DNA of 64,000 nt from Glaucostegus cemiculus (Eukaryota): NCBI GenBank assembly GCA_976551045.1, contig CDPCPM010000076.1, positions 14,756,001-14,820,000 on the forward strand. The letters are read 5' to 3'. Below the pieces are notes generated by a model. That model was not told where the DNA came from. It made no database searches and saw only the letters and a list, made by a program, of their open reading frames with translations. Positions within the stretch are counted from its first letter, which is position 1. Each line of letters opens with the position of its first letter. The position numbers and the translations under genes were made by a program. Positions 12,250 to 24,497 of this stretch are shown here, piece by piece.

Positions 12250-13060
12250 AAACATTTTTGATTGAATGAGAGAGTTGGAGGCATCAGACCAGAGAGGAAG
12301 TATAAAACTAGCATTGGGATGCCAGTGAAGTAATCCAAATCTACATTCCAAACAAATACTTTATTTGAATTGGAAATAATGTCAGCAAGTGACATAATGT
12401 ATGAGAGTGAATCTATTTCTGACATCTATGCAGAACCAAACACTTTTCAAGAATCATAGAATAATAATGAGTTAAATAAAGACACTGCAAGTTCCTCAGT
12501 TCCAGGAATACATATATCAGAAACAAGTACACAATTGAGGAGGTCAAACTGACTAAGGAAGACAGTAAACAGACTGAATCTCTATTGACTGTCTATAACT
12601 GCAAAAAATGTTTACATAATTTTCTTCAAAGAGGGAAAGCAGTTATGCAGATAGGTCATGTGGTCAGAGGATGCTGTGCCAACATGATGTATGTAAGCAC
12701 CACGTGTATTGAGATCCATGCTGTTAGAGTTGAATAACGTAAGAAAATAAAACACTGCAGTGGCTGGAAATCTGAAATAAAAACAAAAAGCTAGAGATAT
12801 TTAGTGGGTCAGGCAGCATTTGTGGAGAGAAACAATGAGAAGCTCTACCCTCAGCTAAGTGGGTGATCTTAAAAGTGTGAGCTAAGATTGTTATAACAGT
12901 AGGTAGATTGTTAGAACAAACTTGTCCTAACAGCTAAGCTTAAACCTGTTTACATCTGCTGTACATGTAAAGAAACAACTAATGTTGTCGTGCACGAGCA
13001 GTCTGACCGTCTTTATTTGTGAAACACTGGCTCCAGTGACCAGGAATTTATAATCAACAA
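12250..13060 (+). mobile_element. Gypsy LTR retrotransposon remnant (integrase tail, PPT, 3' LTR)
   Basis: LRRSN*LRKTVNRLNLY* at about 12535-12588 (LRRSxRxRK..RLNL tail), polypurine tract AAAGAGGGAAAG at 12628-12639, then LTR-like sequence ending near CAACA at 13059. Boundaries uncertain. Confidence 0.55.
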
Positions 13061-14089
13061 TACTGTACAATAGGTTGGGCAATCTACTGTTGAAAAGAGG
13101 ATGGGAAAATCAATTGTTTGAGCCAGGATCTTCTTTTATGTTCAATAAGAATCTGAAGAAATATGGAAATACGTTCCCTACCACCTCCTCACCCTGATCA
13201 CCTTTTTTCATCCAACTAAGTAATGATTTGTATAATTCTCTAATACCCCAGTTTCTTTTTGACACTTTTGTATCAGGGGTAAGGGATGTAGTGGGAGAAT
13301 GGAACCCTTTCCCTTTTGTTTACCAGGAGCCAGCTTTAACTCAGCTCTTGAAAACTGGTGACTTTGAGTCCAATATTGGAATCATACACTGGTTATGTTT
13401 ACTTTCCAATGAAGCCAGTGGAGAGTAAAATTTTGAGTGAGTGCAGAGGGGTGGGACATCAGATGCATAACTGACATCTCCATTGATTTTGCAAGTTTGC
13501 TACCTTATGAGTTGGGTAAAGATTATACCCCTAGTTTCAGCAATCAAGCAAGGACCACATGGGGAGTAAAGCTTCTCTACACTGCAGTAAGGTACAGATT
13601 AAAAATAGTACTGTGGCAGCGGAAAAGCAGTGAAATGTATCCTCTAGGCTCATGGAAATTATGAATTGGATTATATGTGCTCAAAACCCATTTTCATTGG
13701 CTTTGTATCCAGCAGAAAGGGAGATTTTCAGTCTGGGTTGATTTCGAAACCAGGTCCCAGATAGGTCAGTTCCAGTCCATCGTACCAGACAGTTCCCTCT
13801 GAGAAAATGCAAACTTTTCGATCTCTTGTGTGCCAAGTCTGTTTCTCAATCCATTCCCCTGTTTGGTGAGTCCAAATTTAACTCTTTAGCTGCTTAACAA
13901 ATAAATGCTTCTACCTATCAGCACCCCCAAGTGGCTGGAGGTAATTTTTGCTTGGCCTTGTGATTTATGATAAACGGAAGTACAGTATTTGTTAAAATAC
14001 TACTTACAAATAATTGCAAGAAGAAAGCAGCTTAATTTTGTGAACCTTTGATTTTCCGTGTTTGCCAAAACAGATTGTAATGGATTTAT

Positions 14090-14230
14090 ATTTACAAAGC
14101 ATCTGGATGAGTACTTGAATCATCAAGGCATAGTAAACTACAGACTAAGTGCTGGTAAATGGGACCAGTACAGATCAGTACGATGGTCAGCCAAAGGGCC
14201 TGTTTCATGCTGTATGATTCTATAACTCTA
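14090..14230 (+). mobile_element. CR1/HER1 3' end fragment
   Basis: AAGCATCTGGATGAGTACTTG...GCCAAAGGGCCTGTTTCATGCTGTATGATTCTATAACTCTA tail, similar to 48.57-48.74 kb. Confidence 0.6.
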
Positions 14231-15179
14231 CACTTAAAAGATTAGAATGTTCAGGAGTATATAAGCTTATCACTGATATGTGTTTATAATCTTGCTCTCT
14301 GCACAGTCCATGACCTGTGTGATGCACTGGACTTGAGGACAACCTGTTGAAAGCTGTATGACAATGTAAGCTGTGGAAATTCATTGTACTCAAGGCAGGA
14401 AAAGGGAGGGTGTAGGAAACTTTGGCTGGTTCTCTATTGTTTCTTGCTCCTTTCATTCAGCTTCAATGCACATTATAAGCATAAATGAAGCTTCTACCAT
14501 TTTAACATAAAATTTGTGCTCGTCAAATTGAAGGATAATTGAATTGGAAAACAGAATATGGTTTAATTTGAGCATCCTTCGTCAATGTCATGCACTCCTG
14601 TCATGTATACAATGGGTTGGATTCGGAGGAAAGTGCTGTCATAGCCAATAATATCCCTCAAACCCTATTTGTCCTTTTTCACCTTGTCTATCTCCTACAT
14701 TCAGGCATTCTCCAACTTATCTGAGTGAAGCTGCCATTTGATATTAAATTAGAGATGGGTTTACACAGTGAGCTCATGTCGAGTTGAGAATTCGCTGAAT
14801 ATGCTGCTCATGAAATCTTAACAAATCCAAAAATAAGTGGAACTGTGCTGATGAGGAGAAGTTAGATTTCCTTAAGATATCTGTATATACTTTACCTTTC
14901 CTATCTGAGAACAGGAGTGTTTTATACCTAGTGAGGCCAACAGCTGCCTACCTCCATATAGTTTAGCACATCAAGCTCCTGAAATTTATTCTCAATCATA
15001 ATCGCATTTCACTTGAATTGAGGGTTATGTTTTTCATCTTCTGCTCCTTAATAGGGAACAGGCCTTACCCATGTGGGCACATTTATTTTTACATGCATTT
15101 GTGCATGAACTGTCCAAATTTAGGTAGCTATGCAGCCGAGTCCATTTCTATCCACAATCAAACCCTCCACGAAAATTGG

Positions 15180-15375
15180 AAATCAAAACAAAACTGCAGG
15201 TGCTGGAAATCCAAAATAAAAATAGAAAATGCTGGAAAAAGTTTCTGCAGGTGAGGAAGAATCTGTGGAAAGAGAAACGATCAATGTTTTAGGTCTATGA
15301 CCCTGTGTCAGGACTGGAGAGACAGATGCTGTATGTCCTGCTGACCTTTTTCAGCATTTTCTGTTTTTATTTCAA
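15180..15375. repeat. Palindromic Penelope-like short repeat with decayed hammerhead core
   Basis: AAAATAGAAAATGCTGGAAA arm with inverted TTTCAGCATTTTCTGTTTTTATTTC arm. Minus strand reads CAGTC-CTGACAC-AGGGTCATAGACCT-AAAA. Confidence 0.65.
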
Positions 15376-17039
15376 ACTCTCCATGCACTTTTTGCAACAG
15401 GGATGGTTATGAGGAGCAATACACTCGGCTAAGTTGCATGTACAAGCAACTGTCTTGCTGCCACAGATGGGATCCAGTTTATCCCAAAAATTGGTCTCAT
15501 CATGTCAGTACTGAACAGGGTGGCCTCTGAGCCATTGGGTGAGTATTCAGGTCTGATGTCAATCAAACTGAAATGGGAAGGGGAAGGGAAAGTGCATTTT
15601 GTATTTTCTTTTGAGTCAGCCTCTTCCTTGCTGCATCAAATTGGCATGTCCTTTACTTCTTGCAAGCACTGTACCAACAATGAGGCTCTCAGACGCTGAA
15701 GGAATGAGCAGGCGGCTGTCATCCTTGGCTTCACACACTGCGGCCCTTGTTCCGGGATCCTGTCAATAGGTAATTCATAGGCCGTCTCTGCGTCTCTTTC
15801 CAATTTCCTGTGAGAAGTTCAGCCTGTGAGTGGGCTCTTTGATTCCAATTTCCTTGCAGTCAAAAGGTCGCCAGAGGAGAATGCAGTTTGTGCCTGCATG
15901 AAAAAGGGGCAGCAATACATTTTTTAAAAGTCTCTTTAACCAGTGTTCAACTTTTCATAATATCTAGCTTGCAATCAGTGAAGTTTATACTTGTTCCTTA
16001 AAACTATTTCCAGGGAGCAGCTCCTGAATGGAACAAATCAGCTTGGGAGTGGGGTTAAAGGATTTAGTCCACTCCTTATCTGGTAATAACTGTATGATTT
16101 ATAACCCTGAAACCTATTAACAAATTGTTACAAGATTTACCGAAAAGTTACAAATGAACCCATTCCTCCTTTTTGCCAATCAATATTTTGTTTGCCAGTT
16201 TTCCCTCTGGTTCTAAAGTTCTTGCCATTGAGTACTCTCATTGTTCTTTTTATGGAGATCTGGAAATTACCACTAATTATGTTACTAAATATGTTTCTAA
16301 TGCACTTACAAGAGGTTGACGTCATTACTACACAGAGCAATAATGACCTGTTATAACCTATGGTGCAACAGCAATGCAAATAAGAACAAATGACTGTATT
16401 TATCAAATTTGAACATGGACATGGAATCATTGCTGTTGTGTGAATATAACATAGCTTCATAGGAAAGAGATGTCAAAGGACCACTGTTTGTAAAAAGTAC
16501 ATTTTATTGCCCAATTATAATTGAAATTTGGAATGAACAGCAGTGAAGTTGCTTTGTTTTAAATCCTTTTCATTTTCTTGATGTTCTAGCATGATCCTAT
16601 GTGCATTCATTCTCTGAACTCGCCTTTCTATATCCAATCTGATGGCACTCTAAGAGCATTCTGTAAATTAGAAAATAAACCTGGGGTAATTAAGCTTTGA
16701 TTTGTGGGTTGCTCATATTTTAAATCTTTTTGGATATTTTTATAGGCTTCCTTTGTATAATTTTTCTACATGCATTAATCATTATTGAGTCTACGTTCTG
16801 AAGCTTGACTTTTGATTTCTAAAATACGCTGTACTGTTTTATCCATTCTAATATTTGGTTTCTGATCTGCCACAATGGATTGGGTCTCCTCTACTGTTGA
16901 AAGTGGTCTTCAAATATGTTACTGCCCTTTAGTTACTACAGTATTGCACCCATGTACCTACATATTTGTGGATTATTTTATCTCCCAGTGTAAAAAGCTT
17001 CTGGTTTATGTTGACTGTTAAATTTTCACCACCAGAGCA

Positions 17040-18740
17040 CTGTGGTTCAGCGTATGCTATCTAGAAAACACACAGCAGTTACTCACCAAGGCTTCTTCAA
17101 CATCAGCCCCTAACCCACAAACTTTACCACCTAGAATACAAGGGCTGCAGAGGTTTATGCTTTGGTTTATTATTGTCACTTTTACTGAGGTACAGTGAAA
17201 AACTTGTCTTGCATACCGATCGTACAGATCAATTCACTACACAGTGCATTGCGGTAGTACAAGGTAAAAAATAATAACAGAATACAGAGTAATGTGCCAC
17301 AGCTACGGGGGAAGTGCAGTATAGGTAAGGTGCAAGGTCACAACAAGGTAGATTGTGAGGTCAAGCGTCCATCTCATCGTATAAGGGAACCGTTCGGTAG
17401 TCTTATAACAGCGGGATAGAAGCTGTCCTTGAGACTGGTGGTATGTGCCCTCAGGCTCCAGTATCTTCTGTCTGACGGGGGAGGGGAGAAGAGAGAATGT
17501 CCTGGGTGGGTGGGGTCTTTGATTATATCACCAAGGCAGCGAGAAGTATAGACATAGTCAATGGAAGGGAGGCTGGTTTCCGTGATGTGCCTGGCTGTGT
17601 ACACAACTCTCTGCAGTTTCTTGTGGTCACAGGCAGAGCAGTTGCCATATCAAGCCGTGATGCATCTAGATAGGATGCTTTCTATGGTGCATCAATAAAA
17701 CTTGGTGAGTGTTAAAGGGGACATGCCAAATTTCCTTAGCCTCCTGAGGAAGTAGAAGTGCTGGTGAGCTTTCTTGGCCATGGATCTACGTGGTTGGACC
17801 AGGACAGGCTATTGGTGATGTTCACTCCTAGGAACTTGAGGCTCTCAACCCCCTTGACCTCAGCACCATTGATGTAGACAGGTGCATGTGCATTGCCCCT
17901 TTTCCTGAAATCAATGACCAGCTCTTTTGTTTTGCTGACATTGAGGGAAAGGTTGTTGTCATGAAACCATGTCACTAAGCTCTCTATCTCCTTCCTGTAC
18001 TCTGACTCATCATTATTTGAGATACGGCCCACTATGGTGGTATCATCTGCAAACTTGTAGATGGAGTTAGAGCAGAACCTGGCCACGCAGTCATAAGTAT
18101 ACAAGGAGTAGAGTGGAGGTTGAGGACACAGCCTTGTGGGGCACCTGTGTTGAGGATAATTGTGCTGGAGGTGTTGCTGCCTATGGTCTGTTGGTCAAAA
18201 CGTCAAGGATCCAGTTGTAGAAGAAGGTGTTGAGTACCAGGTCTGGGAGTTTGATGATGAGTTTGCTTGGAATTATATATTAAAGGTGGATTTGTAGTTA
18301 ATAAACAATAATCTAACATAGGAGTCTATTCTGTCCAGATGCTCCAGAGATGAGTGTAGGGCCAGGGAGATGGCATCCACTGTAGACCTTTCTGGTGGTG
18401 GCAAATTGTAGTGGGTTGAGGTTTTCCAGGAGGCTGGTGTTAATGCGTGCCGTGACGAGCCTCTCAAAGCACTTCATGATGGTGGATGTCAGAGCCATTG
18501 GTCAGTAGTCATTAAGGTACGGGAGCATCCCTGTATTCAGCTTCCCTTTCTAGTTGCATACTATCCTGACTTGCAAAAACATTGCAATTTTTTTCAAGGT
18601 CATTGAGCCTGAAGTTACCTACTAATTGTGGGAGTACTTTCACCAGAAGGGTTGTAGCAGTTCAAGAAGCTGACTCGACACCTTTTTCTCAAGGAATGGG
18701 CAAGAAGTATTGGCCTTGCCAGCAATGCCCATGTACCATA
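17040..18740 (+). mobile_element. Older CR1-clade 3' fragment split by the Rex1 insertion (halves 17040-17154 and 18515-18740)
   Basis: The halves join into a sequence homologous to uninterrupted copies at 51140-51330 (+), 22275-22430 (-) and 55190-55445 (-). Confidence 0.65.
17155..18514 (-). mobile_element. Rex1/Babar LINE, 5'-truncated and frameshifted RT
   Basis: Minus-strand ORFs [30 protein letters not shown]...YVRLLFINY and YTYDC...IYKFADDTTIVGRISNNDESEYRKEI...NNLSLNVSKTKELVIDFRK. Confidence 0.92.
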
Positions 18741-20399
18741 TGTCAACTATATGTGCTAGTGTTTATCCCAATCAGCTTGTAGCATAGTAGTAGCAGCATA
18801 TCATAGTGTAATGACACTGGGTTCCTACACTGATTGATATGTGAAGAACTCTGATTTCTTGTGCCCTGCCTGTCCAATGTTCACAAGTGGCTTTGAGGCT
18901 CTCTGAGAGCATTGTGATGGTAAAATTCCAAGAAACAATAACATAACAGCTTATTTATTGCATCTTTCATTCTTGAAACTCCTTGATACAGATGCTGTTT
19001 AACTGCAATGCATTTTCTTCACATCATTGTTTCTTAATGACTTGTACATAATGGCTGTTTTGGTTCATTGTTTGATTGGGCAAAGACCTTCACAGTGACA
19101 CTTAGAATTGTTATGGTGTACTTCATGTTTCTATTATCAGATGTCCTCAATGACAAATGTGCAGTGGTATCCCGGAGAATGAAACCAAATTAGCTGGAGA
19201 AATTGGATAGACTATACACCTAAAAAGTCTCATTGCATCCATAGATATCTGTTTACTTCTTTGATTGGCAGGAGTCTTAAGAAGAGATAAGAATTTATCA
19301 GTTGGTTGTGATCCTGAACACCCTGGTTAATAGAGTGATGGAAATAGATTCATTGATAACTTCTCTTTTAAGCAACCATTTTGTATGATCTTGAATATAA
19401 TTTAGCTTTCCTCCATTCATAGCCTTTTCTGTGCAAGTAAATATTGCTCCTCTGTGGTACATATAGGGTTACACCAGTTTTGACTATAATGTACACGGCA
19501 TTTGACTATATTACATTACACTATCATAAAATCTACCTCGTCTGCAATTGTGCTGAGTGGCCATTTAATCAACATTGATAAGGATTAGTTACTGTGTATT
19601 GATAAGGACTTCCAGTTTATTTCTCAGGGTACTGACTATCTCATACTGTAGGTATTCATCAGCATGTGGGTTAATCACTGTGACTGTTCACATTTGTAGC
19701 AAATATAACAGGAAGAGAGTTCATGTGATTTCTGGGAAAGGGGATATTTCCATTTCAGATCCTTTAAGAGTTTGTTGCATATTAACTTGTTCAAACTGCA
19801 ATGTTTTCTATTTGTTCATGATAATCATTCTGCTGGCCTTTGCATTCCACTGGTAATTAATAAGTTATGTATTCCAACTAAAAGTGAGAGTTGTTCAATG
19901 GAGCTGAATGGTTAATATAACTAGTGATCATATTAAACTGGAAAGAGCAGTTAATCCTTGTTATCTTGGTACACTCAGCATTGATTTTGGAACAGTGCTT
20001 TGCAGTCTATTTGATTTCTTGGCTCATTTGGTACCCTTCCAATGTTTCCAGTTTACTTGGTGTATGTGTGAATTAATTTGTTCAGCCAGGTCAAACATTG
20101 GGACCACTGAAAAAATCGATGGGTGTCATGGACTTCAGTTATAAAAATTATCAGACAGGAAGGCCAAAGCTTTTCAGGATTTGGAGCAGGAATTTCAACA
20201 ATTTGCCGGTTCTTGTTTCAATCTTTAATTCCAGAATAAACTAGTGAATCACTTTGTGAGTTGAACATTATACTGAAACCATTTATGTTTTGTGAGCACT
20301 GATCGTGATTAATCTATAAAGTTTATTCAGGAGCAAAATTAACCTTGAACCTCCTCGGCACAGGAGGGCAGGAGTAATGTGACTAATTCTATTCTAGTA

Positions 20400-20765
20400 T
20401 ACTCTCCCACTCTCTCTTATGTATATATGTGTGTGTGTTTCTATATATCTTGATAGATATCTGTCTAACCATCTTCTGCCTTTCACCTTCCATTATATTG
20501 ACTGGTTCCTTTCTGTCCCTTTCATATTGTCTGTTTCTTTCCTTTGGACACATTTTTTCTTCCTTTTTCCAATTTTTCTGTGTTTAGTTTCTTTCATATT
20601 TTATCAAGATTTACTCCCTTCCCTTCCCTTTTTCTACCTTTATTTTCTCATTCTTTTTTCACTCCCCCCCCATTAATTTTCTTTACTCTTTACTTTTCTT
20701 CAGCAGTTTATTATGATACATCTCTTTTTTTTATTTGTCTTTCCTTCTGTTTTCCTTCATTTTTT
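20400..20765. repeat. Pyrimidine-rich low-complexity tract
   Basis: Long T/C-rich sequence with very few G. Confidence 0.8.
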
Positions 20766-23664
20766 AAGCCTGTCACGAGGATGTTCTGGGATGGGAAAAT
20801 AGTAGATACCAGACATGGTCCAAAAGTCGGCTGAGAGCAGGTCATGAAAGGAACCTGGAAGTGAGGGAGCAATGTAAAAGGCCACTGAAACACTGAGTAA
20901 GATGAGTAATATGATGGATACCCCAACTGTAGGGTCACTGTCATGACTGGACTTTGAGGTGAACATGGCAAGAACTAAGTCAGATGTATATTATTATGTG
21001 GATAGGAGGTTATCTCTTTGATTGTTATAAAGTGCAATTAAGCTGGAAGAATTACAGTAGATGAACTTTCCCACCAGCAATATTAAATTCTTCCTGTAAA
21101 TTTTTTTGCATTTTAAATTTCTAAATTCATGTAAATATGAACTTTTAAGGAGAAACTCACCCAACTTACTCCTTTTGTCTTAATGTTTCCATTTGAAAGA
21201 ATTTCCTGAACATCTCCTTGTAAACCATTTCCATGAAAGCTGCTTGAAGTTTAGAGTAAAACCTGGTCTCATGGCTATTGGCTGTATATATTGGAATTAC
21301 TTCTTGGCTGACAAAGAAAAAAAGATCCAATCCCAATTTGTCTGATCTTAATATTGCATTGTATTGTATAACTAACTAAATGAAAATCTATTTCTGCAGA
21401 ATGACTAATGGACTCCAGGATAGCACAGCCCCAATGAATATCTGATTACGTGGTCATGCAAAAGAACCAAAATAACTATAATTGTTTTCAAATCTCCAAG
21501 TAAGACCCTACTTTCTTCGGTGGCCGTCACTCTGTTAACAGATTGCTGGTTATCAGTGAGCACTGCAAAGACGATGTTTCCTTCATACTTGCATGGATTT
21601 TCATTGCTAGTCTTTCTCAGTTTTGTTCAGGAGCACTTTATGCCGTGATAACATTTGCAGCTTGTGTTGCATTGTACACAACATCAGTAACTGTAAGTGG
21701 GTAAAAATTCCATCTTCACTAAAAAATCAATAATCTGATTGAGTGGATTTCCCAACCTCATTAGAGCCCTTCCAATCAATGGTCTGTGGGTTATCATCAG
21801 TGAAGATGAACATATACTCCAATATTCTGATACTGTAAACTCTACATCTGGTTTGGATCATTCAGGCTATTCCTGAATATGATATGGAACGAAATAATAC
21901 TTGTACTGGGCAACCTATCTACCAATGAACCAATGTTTTTTTTCTGAAAAAAATGTTTGAATTTTTGTTGAACTGATTTAAGCAATAAACTGCTTGGCAT
22001 ATAGTTAATGCTTTGGAATGCAGTGATATTAATACAATTACATCATCAAAATCTCAACAAGATAGAACTTACAATATAGAAGCAGGTCATACTGTTCAAG
22101 GGTTTTGTGCTGGTGTCTTATGCTTCACGTGAATATCCTTCCACTAAACTTCAGGTAACCTTACCAGTTGCTATTGCTTTCACCCTTGTTGACTTACCTA
22201 GCTGTCTTAATTGAAACTATACTATCACTTCATGTATTACTGAGTTCCATTTTCTAACCGACTGCTGGATACAAGCCCTCGAGAAAGTGGTTGTGAGCCA
22301 CCTTTTTGAACCGCTGTAGACCGTTTAGTGAAGGTACTCCCATAGTTCTGCTGGGCAGGGATTTCCAGGATTTAATGCCTGCAATGATGAAGGACCACTG
22401 ATAAATTTCTAGGTCAGAATTGTATGCAGGTGATCCAGGAATATCAATTTATTTGCTTAAGTCTTGATGTGGGACTAACCCACACTTCCCTGACTCAAAA
22501 CATTGAAAGTTGTCAATTGAACCAAGATAATAATGTAACTAAAGAGTTAAATTCTTACATTCTTTAAAAAAAAACCTTCTTCCCTCTTCTCTGTGCTTCC
22601 TGGGGCTGTTTCCTATTTATGAAGCTTCGTCTGCAGTGCACACTTTTGGAGGCCCATGATTCACAAGACAGTTAGCTTGAATATAATTGCCAAAAATATT
22701 GTGAGCAGCTTCCTCCCCTGCCCCCCTAAGCCTCCCTCAAACTGGCCTGATTGAGTAAGGAAGGAAACTGCCTGGGAACGCTTGTCCGTTCTGGTAGAAT
22801 ATCAAGAATTTTTTTTCCAAACACTTTTTCAGAAGGACACATCACCACTTCATGAGAGGTTTTCCTTATGTTCCAGTTCTTTGAATAGCCTGCTCCAAAA
22901 CTGTTCCAGTTTGAAATGCATTAATGCTTAAATATCAAGAGGGACATGAAATCAGAAATTTATGGAAATTTACAGCACAGATGAGGGCTATTCACCCCAT
23001 CACTTCCATACTTGCCAAACATAGAGCTATTTGGACTAAACCAACTTCCCAGCTCACAGTCTATGCTCTTGAAGGTTATAGGACACAGGCACATCCATGT
23101 ACATTTTAAACATGATGAGGGAATCTGCCACAACCACTGGCCTTCAGCATCTCACCTAAAATAGGGCTATTCTAGTGGTGAGACAGGTGCCTTAATGATG
23201 CTACTTTCTTCTGCTTCAAGATTCCCCCCCCCCCCACCATCCTATTGAAAACATCTAGAAAATGGGTGGGAGTCATGACAGGGCAGATTGGTGGGTAGTT
23301 GCTATCAAAAGGAGGAGCGCAGCTTAGGAATCTGCTGCAAAGTTATCTGCAGTTAACTATTCTGCCAATGCTGAGTGTGCTCATGCTGGAAGGATGTCTA
23401 TGTTGCTGAGACTTGAGAGGTTAATTCTTCTAAGGAATTATGGCCTAACTATAGCAAACCCCTTGTAGTAGAAGGAAAGAGGTGAGGAAAAAATTGTATG
23501 TCTGGGGGAGGTAGAATGATTCATAAGTGATAATTAAATGTGTTTCTGTAGAAGGAGCAGATCAAGATGGAAGTAGGTGGAGTTGATCCAGAGTGAAGGA
23601 GTGCTTTGTTAGGATTAATGACTTTTTCCTTTTCCTAAAAATTCCTATGTTCTTATGTAATAGA

Positions 23665-23815
23665 TTGTGTTTGTGTGAGTCTGTGCATCTGCCTGCGTGT
23701 ATGCCTATGTGTGTGTGTGTTTGTGCATGCTTGTGTGTGTATGTGTTTGCTGTCTGTCTATGCACAGTGTGTGTGCCTCTGTGTGTTTGTACACGTGTTT
23801 GATTGTTTGTGTTGG
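23665..23815. repeat. Degenerate (TG)n repeat
   Basis: Alternating TG/CA/TA dinucleotides. Confidence 0.85.
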
Positions 23816-24274
23816 GGGTGGTGGGCATGGGGGTGTGACTCTACAGTGCAGAGCGGTTGCTGCCCATCTAAATTTAAACTCTGGGTCACTGCTTGCTTTG
23901 GGCTGGGTTTCAATTCTGGCGCCAGGATGACCCATGTAATTAGAAGCAAGCTGTGTGAATAAAGACTCAATGACTACGTTCAAATAAAATCTTTTTTCTT
24001 TCCACTTCCCATGAATGAGGTCACTCCCTAAGTGTTGTGGGGAGAAACATAAAACAGATTGGTTGATTAAAAGGTGGGTCTTACTTCTCAAGAAATGAAT
24101 ACTGAGTTTCATTAAGGCATCCGGATGGAATTCCAGATGGGGTTTCTTTGAGATGCAGCCTGTGAGGTGTACAAAGCACCAAGAAATATTCAGAGAGGCT
24201 GCTAATTTTTTTTCTGTAGTAAGGTCGACATTGTCAAAAAGGATTGCTCTCAGCCAGTTCTCGTTCATAACGCA

Positions 24275-24497
24275 GAGTGTGTGTAAGTGTGCATGCATGC
24301 GTGTTTGTGTGTGCATGTTTGTATAAAAGTGAGTACATATTTGTATAAGTCTGTGCATATGTGTTTGTGTGAATGTGTGCATGATTGTGTGAGCATATGT
24401 ATTTGTGTGAATGCACATGTATGTGTATGAGAGCATATCTTTTTGTGTGTGTTTGTGTAATATACATGCATGTATGTGTGCTCATGTGCATGTGCAC
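24275..24497. repeat. Degenerate (TG)n/(TA)n repeat
   Basis: Alternating purine-pyrimidine run. Confidence 0.85.

Noticed and set aside
15700-15775. CpG-containing patch with an ATAG|GTAATT donor as another first exon
   Set aside because: No ATG in the phase-1 frame after the TGA at 15697; the ATG at 15704 stops before the donor.
23705-24436. 243-aa minus-strand ORF and the neighbouring His/Thr- or Cys/Val-rich ORFs
   Set aside because: Largely produced by stop-poor degenerate TG/CA repeats; no domain or splice structure.
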